The notes beneath the pieces were generated by a model. It was given only the letters and a program-made list of their open reading frames with translations. It was not told the origin of the DNA and did not search any database. This document shows positions 26,090 to 38,008 of a DNA stretch of 47,942 nt, piece by piece. The translations under genes were made by a program, and so were the position numbers. This DNA is from Chromera velia. Its lineage: Eukaryota. The stretch lies in assembly GCA_018398765.1 (NCBI GenBank), contig JAHBMJ010000409.1, forward strand, positions 1-47,942. The letters run 5' to 3'. Within the stretch, counting starts at the first letter, position 1; each line of letters opens with the position of its first letter.

Positions 26090-27061
26090 TATATGTTTCT
26101 CCTTCTCCCTTCTTTTCTTCATGAACACAACAGACAGACAGACAGACAGACAGACTATATGTTTCTTCTTCTTCTTCTCCCTCTTTTTCTTCATGAACAG
26201 AACAGACAAAAAGAAAGAAAGAAATAATACAAAAGAACAGAACCACCAATCAAACAGCGTGGGCAGGGGGCCCGAAAGCTGAGAGTTAAGCGCCCCTTGC
26301 CTCTTCACCTCCCGAGAAACTTTCACGTGATCACTGGGTTCACACGTTAATCCTCTGCTGCTTCCACTCAAGACAAGAAAGAGAAAGAAAGAAGAAAAGG
26401 CAAACAGACAGCCAGACAGACAGACAGAGAGACAGGCAGACTGTATGTTTCTTCTTCTCCCTTCTTTTCTTCATGAACACACAGACAGCCAGACAGAGAG
26501 ACAGACACACTACATCGGTTTCTCTTTTCCTTTTTCTCTTTCTCCATTCTCTTCTTTTTTTTTTTTCATCTTTCGGCGCGCTCTCTCAGTGGAAGGGTAC
26601 CAGAGCTCCAGGTCCCCTTGAGCGTACCCTGCGGCCATTCCTTGCCCAGTGCAGGCTTACGCTTTTGCACTTCCACACTGTCTCTGTCCATCTGGAAGTT
26701 TCTGTTCGTTTCTTTTCTTGCCCTTTCGTTTGAACGAGGCACCAGCAGCAGCTGCAACGATGACCTTTTCTTTTTTTCTTTTTTCTGGGGTTCCCTTTCT
26801 CTTTTGTTTTCTTCTGCCCAACCAACCAAACAGCCGACTGACAAGAGAGAGAAACAGAAACACAGACTGAGAGCCACACAAAGACACAAACAGGCCAATC
26901 AACCGACGGACACACACAAAAGACAGAACAAAAGAAAGACAACCAGCCACCCGACGGACCAATGCATGACCTTCCGCACCCAGTCCTCCACCTCTTCCCA
27001 TGACCTCCTCTGTTGCACAACCCCACAAAGGTGCTCTCTCTCCTGCACTCAAATGCACACA

Positions 27062-27100
<39 letters not shown>

Positions 27101-30007
27101 GACAGACACAAAGGACGCAAAGGGGAGAAGGCAGAAAGGAGGGGGGCTATACGAATTGCGTTGACTGAGACAAGTAAGTAAGTAAGTAAGTAAGTAAGGA
27201 AGGAAGGAAGGAACGAGAGAACGAAAAAAGGAATAGAAGGAACGAGTCGGAGGTGCTCCCTCCATTCAAAAAAGGAGTCCGAGAGAACGGCTGTCCCCAC
27301 ATAAAAAAAAGAAAAGTGTTTTCCTTTCTTCTCCTTCTCCATTGAGTCTACTACTGAGCTGAGAACGACTGCAAGGGGTGACTACCAAAGAGGCGATCAT
27401 GATTCATGCAGCTGCCGGAAAGGAAACAAGGCCGCTCTCCCTCCGTGTGTGCTGTGTTTCTTTCTCATGTGTGTGTACGAGAGAGAAGAAGTGATCGAAT
27501 CAACGAACGACCATCGCACACGAGAAAACCCTCGCCAGGTCCTTGACAGAAAGACAGGCAGAAAGAAAGTGAGGAAACCCTGGCAGGCCCTTCCGTCCAC
27601 ACACACAGACACACACACACACACACAGAGAGAGAGGGCAGAGAGAGATGACAGACCTCCAGCTTGATGAAAGAGGCCCCAAGAGAAAACTTCAGGTCCA
27701 TCTTTGCATCCTCGAAGTCTTCTCCTGTCAGCAGAAAGCTTTGGAGAACCCCTCTGTCCTTCCTTGATCTGCGCGGGGAAACAGACAGACTATGTGTGTA
27801 TATACGGGGAAACAGACAGACAGACAGACAGACACGCACAGAGAGAGGGAGAGAAAGAGAGAGCAGAATGAAATCGAGCCCTCTCGACTTCCTTACAACG
27901 TGCGCCTTGCGAGAAAGAAAGAAATTGAAGATAAGTGCGCGCCGGAAGAAAAGAGGAGGCAGACATGCACAGGAACATACAGAAAATTCCAAAAAGCAAG
28001 GGGCCTATTTCCTCTTGCTGGCCAGGCGCATTTCTTTCAATTCATGTGCGACTGGACAGAGAATATGGAAGAACAATTGAGAGGATGGTCGACAAGACAA
28101 AAATGCGCACAAAAAGTCAACAAACGGCGCACCCACCTGCTCTTCTTCATTCTCTCTGTCGCCTGATGGTGTTGTAGGAGACGTAGATGCGACTGGATGA
28201 GACTCATCTCCAACTCGAACCTGAGAGAGGAGAGACACCGTCGAGAGATATTCGCAGACGGAGAGTGGGAGGGGAGAGACACGCAGAGAGAGAAAACACA
28301 AGAAAAGGAACAAAGAGAGTCTCTTAGAGAGAGAGGGAAGGCAACGGAGGAAAACTAAGACGTTCGTCTGAAAGAGAAAAAGCGGGGGCAACAGCGATGC
28401 GCATAAATTAATTCAAAAAGGGGCGAAAGGGAGGAGAAAGAAAGGCACAGGAAGGGAAGATCGGTACCGACCAACCAGGCAGGCAGGCACGAGGCAGCAC
28501 GATGGGGCCATGAAACCCCGCACAAAAAAATAAATGCGTGCGTCTTCACAGAGCGAGCGTGCAGCTTTCTCCCATTTTTCTCTCTACCTATGCTTACAGA
28601 AAAGCGGGCAGAGACAGACAAAGCAACACAGACATGGACGCAGCCACACAAACAGGCAACCAAAAGTTTCAACCAACAAACGTACATGATTTCGACAATT
28701 GAGGTTTTGTTCTCTTCCTCCGACTCTTTTGTCCTGTCGGCTGCTTCCCTGCACACACACTCAAACACAAACAAGACGCATGCAGTATAACCAGGTAGAG
28801 AAAGACAACATTACAGGAGATGTAATCAAGTGCTTACAGCTATGTATCTCCTCAATTCCCTTCCACTTCCGTTGTGCGTCTCTCCGGAAAACATCACTCA
28901 AACAAAAGTCTTCTTCCTTCCATCATGTCCCCATCCCTCCATCCCACGTGGACTGCAGCCCCACAGCCATGCAGACGCACAACAGAAAACGCGGAGGACA
29001 TCACCAACAGCAAAGCGAAGGAAAACCACTTCGCATGTAAGGACAGAAAGAAAAGCAGGGAAGAAAAACACTGCTGGGGGAAGAAGCCAGGAGTGAAGGC
29101 AAAAGCAGAGGGAGAGAACTTTGATTAGTGACGTCGCCAGGCAGGAAGCAAACCGATCGGCATGAATAAGCCAATGAATATGAGGACGCAAATGCGCTTC
29201 ATGCATTTGTGTCATCGTAGCAGAAGCAGACAATCGATCGGTCCTTCTCTGCATCCGCAGGCATTCACCATCCCTGTCTCCCTCTATTGACCCACACACA
29301 CATACACACACACACTCACTCACTCACACACCAAATGAATGAAGTGATTGATGCATGGGGTAGTCTATCCATCGAGCGCATTCTTGCTTGAAGGTTCACT
29401 GCGCAAGGGTACGTACACGTACCTTATCGCGCTCGTCAGCTGCTCCAGTTTGCGCCGTTTCTCCTCCAGTCTCTTCTTCTTCTTCTGCGCCCCCTCCCTG
29501 TCCCTGCCCGGCTGGCCCTCCTCGTGAACCCCCAACTCCAATTCCAATTCCGGGGTGGAGACCCCCGCCTGAGCCTGGGGGGGCGGGGGTGGCACCGGCT
29601 CAGAGGGAGACGCGGAGGGTTCAGGAGCAGGGGGGGGCGCACAGACAGACGAAGACGCGGAGGGCTGTTGCATGGGAGGCAAAATGTGAGCAGAGGAAGA
29701 GGCAGGCGGTTGGGCGGGAGGCTGCGTCTGAAGAGAAGAGGAGACGGGAATCGGTGGCATCTGCTCTCTCTCTGGGTTTCTATCTTCTGAGGCGCCGCCT
29801 AGGCCGACGTGAAAGACCTGAGCCTGCTGACGAGGAGGGGGTAGGGCGAGCTGCTCCTCTTCTTCTACCTCCTCTATCGAGGGCAGGCGGACAGCCCTAG
29901 GAAGAGGGACGTCTCTCTCTCTGTCCGCAGAGCTGAGGGGAGCGTTTGAGGAGGAGGCCTGGTCAGCTATGGGCCCCGCGGAGGCCTCCTTCAGCCTCTT
30001 CAGGATC
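25417..30007 (-). CDS. Hypothetical spliced protein, paralog B, with long Pro/Ser/Glu-rich exon
   Basis: Exons: ~30007-29422 (low complexity, ending KKKKRLEEKRRKLEQLTSAIR), ~28748-28686 (EAADRTKESEEENKTSIVEIM), ~28220-28135 (FELEMSLIQSHLRLLQHHQATERMKKS), ~27768-27657 (RSRKDRGVLQSFLLTGEDFEDAKMDLKFSLGASFIKLE), 27042-26951 (EREHLCGVVQQRRSWEEVEDWVRKVMHWSV) and 25501-25417 (ALDGVGEEAVAHHLVKYYNPKKFWGID*). Upstream exons at ~30070-30500 are unresolved. Confidence 0.72.
25900..26730 (+). repeat. Intronic direct duplication, ~150-bp unique core, ~665-bp spacing
   Basis: ggcgcgctctctcagtggaagg.taccagagctccagg...gcgtaccctgcggcc.ttccttgcccagtgcaggcttacgc.tttgcacttccaca occurs at ~25910 and ~26575. Confidence 0.9.
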
Positions 30008-30896
30008 CTGCAGGAAGTGAAGGGGAAGAGCATGTAACACGATGAAGAGAAAAGAACGCGAAACGAAAAGAAGAATTCCGGTTAGGGCTTCACAGCATCA
30101 TCCTGAAAATAGAGCAAGTCAAGCAGGACCCTACAGGTTCGTTGTTGATCATTGTGTTGTATTCATACGAGAAGCGAAAGTGACAGTCAGGGTGGATGCT
30201 CCCACTGACTTGTGTGCAGCTTGGCAGTTTTCTTTTAGTTCCATCTCGACGCTCTGGCAGGGGGTGCACTGGCACCCGTCGCCGCACGAAGGTGTCCTTT
30301 TCCTGAAGAAGAGAAACCGTGATGCTCTACGGAAGAAAAAGCGAAGCAACCAAAAGGCCAGAAGGGATCCAACGACACAAACTGTAAGCTGCCTGGCCTG
30401 TCTGACGTCTTTTCTAGTCCACACAGGCACTCCCATGGTGAAGCACAAATGGAGAAAGGAGCTAGGGACTCTCTGGAGACGGCCCTTAGAGGTAGAGTGT
30501 TCACGTGAAGAAGAGTTTTAGGGGAGGATGACTGGTGGTGTCTCTACACCTTATTCACAGTCAAGCTCAACCCAAGGCATCAAGGTCGGCTCTCCCAACC
30601 AGATTTGCGTACGCACACGTACTCGGGTGGGCTTTTCGGACGAAAGCACTAGCCAAGGTTTGCCTCCCCCCTCCTCCGTCGCCAGGTTGAAAGGGGCTTA
30701 AAGGTCACTCACTCAGGGGATTGAGGTCAAGCAGACGGAGGACCACCTTAACAGTGGTTTGGCTTTGTTTTGACACCTTTAATATAAGCTTTCCTGTTCC
30801 AGGAACAGGTTCCCCTGTTCGTGAAAGATGAGAGAACGTTAATTCGACGTTATAAGGTGCAAGCTAGATCTAGGTGTATTGGATTGCCGGGGCCCT

Positions 30897-30992
30897 TGCA
30901 TGCATTTGCAACATGCATGCATATTTGCAACCTTGCAACATGCATGCACCCACGCACGCGAGTCGATCCGGCCGGGGCATGCATGCATGCAA
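30897..30992. promoter_or_regulatory. Dense TGCATGCA cluster between divergent genes
   Basis: At least four TGCATGCA copies, some overlapping, in under 100 bp, upstream of paralog B (-) and the membrane-protein ORF (+). A similar cluster at ~24610-24680 lies upstream of paralog A. Confidence 0.4.
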
Positions 30993-31283
30993 CACCGGCC
31001 TCCCACCTATATAGCTCGATTGGTCCTCCCATGCACCTGTCAGAGCAGCACCTCCCGTATCAGAATCGATGCGTCAAACCAGCACAGGGACGCCCGCCAA
31101 TCTTGTGCCTTCTGACTTTCTAAGCAGCCTGGTCACGTCACAGTATGCTGAAATAAGCAAGAGGTGCTTTCGTGTGTCTGTCGATCTCTAGGTCGATCTT
31201 CACTGTTGTTGCAAGGCTCAGCAAAACTGGAATCGATCATCATGGCAACTTGGGACTTCTAGTTTCTCTTCAGGAGGGTAGAC

Positions 31284-31892
31284 TTGAATGCCGACAACCT
31301 GTTGAGTGAAGGCGAGGCAACAGATGCTGCTGTTGACCAGCTGTCCGAAGACTTCGTCAAACAATTGGAGAACTTCGGGCTGGTCATGGCACTGTTGCTC
31401 ACGATGGTGTTCAGCCTTCCTTTCAGATCTGTAATTAGTGAGCCCTTATTAGTACGGATCTTCTTATGGCTGACACAAGCAGTCATCTGTACAATCTTTT
31501 GTCTGACATATTTCAAACAGTGCATCGGACTGGAGCGACTTGCCTTCATTCGAAGGTATTACATTGCCCCTTTCTGGATGAACAACCACATCACCGCAAT
31601 ACTGATCTCTGGGAGCATCCCAACTTTCTGGTGTCTTGACCTGCTGATTTTCATCGCAATACAGCTCACAGATCCCCGCATGGAGATCCAGCCGTGGGTT
31701 CTCGGTGTTGCGGAGGTGGGACTCCTGGCGATCTTCGGTGTGGCAATCTGGTTGACATTGGTCAAGGCATACAAACTCCGGGATGCAGCGGTGGAGGAGA
31801 TCACGGGGATAACGGACGAGGAAGTGAAAAAACGGGGGTGTAAGGCTGTCAAAAATTCATTCAATATTCGGCACATATCCGAGACCGAGTGA
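31284..31892 (+). CDS. Hypothetical multi-pass (~4 TM) membrane protein; probably the last exon, 5' end unresolved
   Basis: Non-repetitive 202-codon ORF with four hydrophobic stretches: FGLVMALLLTMVFSL, IFLWLTQAVICTIFCL, ILISGSIPTFWCLDLLIFIAI and VLGVAEVGLLAIFGVAIWLTLV. Acceptor-like tttctcttcag at ~31273. Confidence 0.65.
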   Translation: MNADNLLSEGEATDAAVDQLSEDFVKQLENFGLVMALLLTMVFSLPFRSVISEPLLVRIFLWLTQAVICTIFCLTYFKQCIGLERLAFIRRYYIAPFWMNNHITAILISGSIPTFWCLDLLIFIAIQLTDPRMEIQPWVLGVAEVGLLAIFGVAIWLTLVKAYKLRDAAVEEITGITDEEVKKRGCKAVKNSFNIRHISETE

Positions 31893-32867
31893 GCAGAACG
31901 TGACCTCAGCCTATCCGTTGTCAATATATATATACGTCTTGCAAGACAATAATATTATGACTGCAAAGTTGGCTTTCCTTAGCCCTTGCCATCCCCCCCC
32001 GCGGCGCCACTTCCAGATAGGTTCGTTTGAGTCTGAACCGCCAGTGCGCTTCTGTGTCTCTCGAGTGTATCAGGCATGCAGGCTCTGAAGAGGAGGTATG
32101 GAAGACGTCTTGCTGGAGGCAGACGAAAAGAGCAGACCCTCGAGGTAGTATAGGGGCGGGGGCGAGAGCAAACAGTTCCTTGATGCCAGAGGAAAAAGGG
32201 TCGCCTAACATGAAGCGGATTTGGATGCATGCAGATGTACAGAGAAAGCGAATACTTGATCAGACGAAAAGGCCCCCCGCGTAAATTCAATTACTTGCTA
32301 GATTACTCAATGGCGTCATTGCATGCGCATCAATATAGCCAATACTCGCCAATTAATACTAATTATTTCATATATTTCTGTTTCTCACTAGGCTTCTCAC
32401 TAGATTTCTAATTCATAAAAACCTTTTTATATCATGATTAAATTGATTGATTGCATGACTGATTGAAGTTGTTTTGCAGCTAGGGATGCCGGCATGATAC
32501 CGTTAAATTTGTTATAATTCGTCTAAAGCTGATCATGCTAGCTGACCATGCATGTAGCCCAAACCTCTCATCTCTTTGACTTTCTTTCGTGAACAAGCTC
32601 AAAAGTGATAGAAGGTGAGTGCTTTGACTTTAATGTAACTATCCTTAACCTGCTATACAAGTCTTTTTAAAAGATGAGATCAAAAAAATGTTGTATTTTT
32701 AGCAGAAAGTCGTGCATAACTTAGCAGCACAAGAGTAAAAACTATAGCCAAAATTTTTGATTGATTCGGGTTAATTGAGGTTTTCGTTATACATGTCGCA
32801 TCTCCATATATGAGGGCAGATCTAGCCTAGTTTATCAAAATTAAGGTTTTGGTACGTTCGTCCCTTT

Positions 32868-33211
32868 CGTAAGGAGGTAACTCCTCTTCTCCTAAGTAAG
32901 CGCACTTAGTTCGGTCAGATCTCTACTACGGAAAGTCTGTCAGTTCAAAGTTCACTTCTAAACTACTTCTAGAAGCTTTGCAAGCAACTGTTGTTTACTC
33001 AATCCAGGCTATATGCAGCTGACTGAATTAATTCCATTTTATTTCTATTTTATTTAATTCTCTTCTAATACAGACTGGCATGGTGGCGCCTCCATGAGCC
33101 TGCGTGCGTGTGTTGGTCTCTGAGCTGCGGGCGTCCCGTGCGGTGGCGGTGCACATTAGTTCGGCTCACCCCAGGATTGGCCGGTCCCGTGGCTCGCCTC
33201 ACTATGTTACA
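32868..33211 (-). repeat. 3' LTR (344 bp)
   Basis: Gap-free alignment to 38009-38352 with 18 substitutions. Preceded on the minus strand by the purine tract aaggaagaggggca. Confidence 0.96.
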
Positions 33212-33225
33212 TGCCCCTCTTCCTT
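33212..33225 (-). other. Polypurine tract
   Basis: Minus-strand aaggaagaggggca directly abuts the 3' LTR. Confidence 0.8.
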
Positions 33226-33313
33226 GGAGCGTGTGTCCCACGTGCTCTGTCCTTCTTCTTGACTTTTCTGCGGTTAACTGCCAACCAAAATTGACCATAC
33301 AATTCCTGTCTAT

Positions 33314-35790
33314 TCACTTTGATCGTCGCTTGAATTCTTCGATTTTCTCTTTTGCATTTTGGAGGTGAGAGGCTGGCTCCCACGACGCTTCACTCTCAGG
33401 GAACCCCACCCATTGCACGCGGTATTGGGTTCCTCTGCCTCTTCCCCGAATACCGAGGACCTTTTCGACTTCATACTCTTCGTCGGCCCAGGAGGGCAAT
33501 CGGACGGCCGGACGGCCCCGTCCTTCCTGGCAGTACAGCTTGCACAGCGACGTGTGCACATGGGAGTCTTTGCGGCTTCCCGCTGGCAGAGCGACTTCAA
33601 AATTGTCTCGGGACTGATCGAACTGGGTCACTTTGAAGGGACTGAACCACAGGCTGTCGAGCTTGCGGCTGTACAGGGGAACATCGGGCTTTGCAGCAGT
33701 TGCCCACCAGGAGCGATAGACAAGCATATAGTCTCCCACCTTGATGTCATCAGTTGGGCGGCGTCGTCTGTTGGCATTTCGGATCTGACTGGACTGGGCT
33801 GCTTCGAAAGAGGCATGGGCGGCCTCAATGGCTTTTCTGTGTTCCTTCAAAAAGTCAGAGGCCTCAGGGGAAGGCTGGACAGAAGGAGAAAGAGAAAGAG
33901 CAGGGAGCGTGAGGGGTTTTCTTCCATGTTCGAGCTGAAAGGGAGAACGATCTGTCCCGATATGGACAGATGTGTTGTATGCAAACTCAAGGGATGGGAT
34001 AAATTCTGCACATCGGTGATGCTGGGTCTCAACGAGGCAACGAAGGGCCTCCTCGATTGTTCGATTCATGCGTTCTGCTGATCCTGGTGTGTCGTGGTGT
34101 ACCGTTGTGGAGAACGATAGGTGCGTGCCTGAGAGGGTGTGTAGGGTCTGCCAGAATCAAGACAGAAAACGGGGGTCTCTGTCATTGAGGATCGTGCGCT
34201 GCCACCCCTTCTTTACGGTGACATTTTCGTAATATAGCCGGCCTGCCTGCTCTGCTGTTGCTGTTGTGTAGGTCCGGATCAGGCATACCCCTTTTGACAG
34301 AGAGTCAGTGATAACCATAAAACAGTCAAACTGTTCATCCCCGGAGGCGGGCAGTCCAACGAGGAAGTCAATTTGAGTGACTTCCCATGGGTACTTAGGA
34401 ACAGGGAGCGGTCAGAGGAGACTGGGTGGCGCTCGGCTGGGAGCTTTGCTTCTCTGGCAGGGATCACAGGTATGAATGAATCTGTGTACATCTCTCCACA
34501 TCTGAGGCCAGAAGTGTCTCTCTGCCATTTGACTATAGGTTTTCCCAACCCCGAAGTGCGCACTCTCGGGAGATGAGTGGCTCTCCCGAATAAGAGCCGT
34601 GCGTTGTGAGCGAGGGACATAAAGGCGGTCCCCCCAGAACAATAGACCATCTCTCAGAGAGAAACCTTTCAAACGGGGCACCAGATAAGGGGAGGGAAGT
34701 TTGTTTGGGGAATTCTTCAGGTGAGTATGCACTGGGGCAAACCAGGGATCGTTTACATACTCCTCTCTGCAGCGCCTCTGCAGATCAACATCTCTCTCAA
34801 CCTTCAAGGTTGTCCAGCATTGATGCTGCTCAGTGCTCCCGTGCCCCCCCCTCAAAGAATAGGTCTCGCCAACAACTGCTCCCTCATCCTCATACTCAGG
34901 TTGAAGCCCTGGGACCTCATCGTTGTCAGGATTGTCGGCCTGACTGACCGTCAGCGGGGTAGGTTGCCTCACTCTGATAGATGGCAAAGGGGCAGAAGGG
35001 GAGGACTGGACTAAAGAGGGCAGATTGCGGGAAAGTGCGTCGGCAACGATGTTCGCCCTCCCCAGAATATATTTGATCAGAACCGTCACTTCCTCCAGAA
35101 ACTCAATCCACCGTCTCACACGCAGACTGCAGTGCTCAAACGACTTCCCTAAATTCTTCAAACTCTTATGGTCCGTTCAAAACTTAGACCCGGGCGTCAG
35201 GAAATAATGCCAAACCTTCGCAAAATAGACAATCGCCAACAGCTCTAACTCCCTCACTGGATAGCGTACCTTGGTGGGGGTCAGGCGGTGGGAGCCGAAG
35301 GTAAGCGGACGGTATACCCCTGTCTTCCGACAACGCTGAATGGCAACTGCCCCGATAGCTTGATACGACTGTGAGGCGTCATGTGCAATGTAGACAGGCT
35401 GACTGGGGTCAGGCAGTGCAAGGGTGGCAAGCTCAAGGACGGCTTTCTTTAGAGCAACGAATGAAGAGAGACTTCGTTTCAAAATCGGGAAGGGGTTTGA
35501 AGGTCTCACAGAAGGGCATCCCCAGGACCACATCATAATCCTCGTCCAGATCGAGTATAGTCATGGTCAGGGGGGCTGCGAAGTCCTGAATTCTCAGATC
35601 GATATCAGGCGCCTCCCATTGGACAGTAGTTGAAAGAGCCTGCGCACCATTGAGACGGATGCTCCCTTTGGAGGGCTCCAAAGCGGACAAACGGAACTCC
35701 TTAGCCTCAACAACTCTCTTGCTCACATAAATGGAGTCCGCCCCTGGATCCCAAAGGGGATGCCATTCGCTGTGCCGTGGAAGGTGATCA
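33314..35790 (-). pseudogene. pol: pol remnant: protease, (RT missing), RNase H, integrase, GPY/F, chromodomain
   Basis: Protease: LWDPGADSIYVS...YDVVLGMPF. RNase [39 protein letters not shown]. Integrase [14 protein letters not shown]...CDPCQR. Core: [27 protein letters not shown]. Chromodomain: [26 protein letters not shown]. In-frame TGA stops at ~35177, ~34412 and ~34157. Confidence 0.95.
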
Positions 35791-35867
35791 ATTTCACCCT
35801 CCTGCCTGTCCTGCCCCCGGTCGTAGAGTACATCCCTCTCGGGGGTACATTCTGCTGCTGGCGCTGT

Positions 35868-36713
35868 CTAGGGTATTTGACTGTTTTAATTACGATTAAG
35901 ATTCCATAGGTAAAATTATATAAAACACATAATAAAAAATATAAATTATTTAAACATTTCAGGCTGAAGGAACGTAGTTCTTCTTAAAAAGCTTAAATTT
36001 AGTGAAATTAAACGTGATTATGGGCGAAACTAATCATATACCCCCCCTTTTATAGTATGTCTCTTACAACTGATTATGGATTATGAGATTACGGCATATT
36101 TTATAAAAGGCCATCAATAATTTTTTGCCGTCTTAGGTCTCTGTATGACACTTTCTGCTTTTTGCTCACTGCACTGTACGGTACTACAACGTGTATGAGC
36201 TGCCAGTCAGTGTGTATGACACTGTTGGTCTTGCGTCTGTTTTCTTTTGGGTGCACCATGTGAAAGTGGTGGGGAAAAGTCTGTTTATAGATGAAGATGA
36301 GCTGCTAAAAGTCAAGGAAGCGTTCAAAGAGCTCCTTGCTAAGGACCTTGATGTTGTGATGGATGTTATAATTGAAGTCTAGTGATGACACTATTGCATT
36401 GTGACGGTTTGATTTTGTTTTTTGAAGGAAGGTCCAAGGGGGGGGGGGGTGTTTACTCCATTTTACTACATATTACGGATTACGAGTTTACGAGCCCTTT
36501 CTAGACATCACCTAGAGATACAACTTTAATCGCAGATTGCGAGCTAACCAGTGAGCACTTTGATAACATTTTGACTTTGTTTGAAGTAATTTAATGCAAT
36601 AAGTCCTAAAAAAATAGTTTTTTAAATTAATGTAGGTGTGATGTTTAACACTAACATACCCTATGTATACCCCCTAAAAGTCATAGAGTAATATTTTAAG
36701 TCATATACCCTAG
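35868..36713. mobile_element. Non-autonomous TIR DNA transposon (846 bp) nested in the retroelement, 9-bp TSD (Mutator-like TSD length)
   Basis: TIR ctagggtatttgact / agtcatataccctag. TSD tggcgctgt at 35859-35867 and 36714-36722. Interior is AT-rich and non-coding. Confidence 0.92.
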
Positions 36714-36899
36714 TGGCGCTGTGACCACTGGGGAGGGTTCCCCTGGAACTGCAGTGGTGGGCACAGTCCAAGGGGAGGCATAAACCCCTGCGGGATGACT
36801 GGATTCCCCCACTGCCCCTGCACCGAACCACCGTAGTGCTGCTGCACCCCACTCTGTAGGTTGTGCATGCGTCCTTGGCCTCCATAGAAATTTCTCTGA

Positions 36900-37891
36900 C
36901 CCCCGTAACCTTTAGGACCCTGTTGTTGCTGTTACTGCTTGCGGTTCCTATACTGGCATGCAGAGTGTTCCACCACGTGACAATTAAAGCACCTATTCTC
37001 TTGAATGTGCCTCTTGATCTCATCTTGAGAAAGGGAATAAATTTAGGAGATTCGGTTGAGATCCATCGGGACGGGCCCATCGTTCGATTGGGACTGAGGT
37101 CACAAAGGCGGGTGCGAATCACTGCGCCCGTCTCTGCCCTAGCCCCCGTAGTCTTTCTTTCTCCCCCCACTCAACAGCTGCTTGGCCTCCTCTGCATCCT
37201 TCATCGCAGCATCGAGACTGTCAGGCTTCTTTCTCTTCACTTCCTTCCTCACCTCATCCGGAAGGCCCCGAATGTAGTCGTACATCAAATCGATCTCACT
37301 CACATTAACGATTCCTTCTGCAATATTGTTGAATCGGACAGAGTACTTGTGAACCCCCTCATTGCCCTAACAACGGACGTTCCGGACTTCCCCTCTCAAG
37401 TTTGTCTGTTTGTTAGGATCGGGGAAACGCTCGGACAGACGGGTGAAGAGATCTTCTACGCTAACAAAAGGAGAGGCGGACCTCTGCGTCTTGTCATACC
37501 ATTGCTTGAGGAACCGGGAGAAGTATTGACGCACAGACCCCAACTGCTTCGACACCTGAATATCTGAGAGCTGTATGTATTCCCTCATATCTACGACCCA
37601 ACCTTCGAGCAACTTCCGGTCCCCATGAAACACCGATGGCTCTTTCACTTTGAAGTTCAACCGCTGGGGAGGCGGAGAAGTCGGCTGTTGATTCATCCAC
37701 TGCTGCTGCTACTGTTCTAGTGTCTGCTGCTGCTGTTGATGGATTGGGCCTCCATCGGTGGCTGTTTATTGCTGTTGTGCTCCCAGAGCGTCCATCTGTT
37801 ATTGCTGAAGTTGTTGTGTCTGCTGTACCTGGATTATCTGCTGCTGCATGAATTGCTGCCCCTCCAGCAATTGCTGCAGAACCTGCTCCAT
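36900..37891 (-). pseudogene. gag: gag remnant
   Basis: Q-rich N-terminus from the ATG at 37891, then KVKEPSVFHGDRKLLEGW, GPVPMDL and a degenerate zinc knuckle RCFNCHVVEHSACQY. Several TAG/TAA stops and frameshifts. Confidence 0.85.
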
Positions 37892-37992
37892 CGAGAGAGA
37901 GTCTTGGAAGAAGAAAAGAATTTACTTGCCAAGAAAGAAGATAACTGTTACAGTATTGGACTGAGCAACAGAGGCCCTGGTGGGATTAACCA

Positions 37993-38008
37993 GGCTCTGT
38001 TGCTACTA
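37993..38008 (-). other. Degenerate primer-binding site, tRNA-iMet-like
   Basis: Minus-strand TAGTAGCAACAGAGCC follows the 5' LTR directly. It matches the iMet-type TGGTAGCAGAG with one G>A change and a 3-nt insertion. Confidence 0.55.

Noticed and set aside
33359..34081. 240-aa plus-strand ORF (also 36863-37567 and 37736-38050)
   Set aside because: Antisense shadows of integrase and gag with no independent motifs.
33314..37891. Stop-codon reassignment or programmed readthrough as the cause of in-frame stops
   Set aside because: All three stop types occur together with frameshifts, and host genes end normally with TAG/TGA. Mutational decay is simpler.
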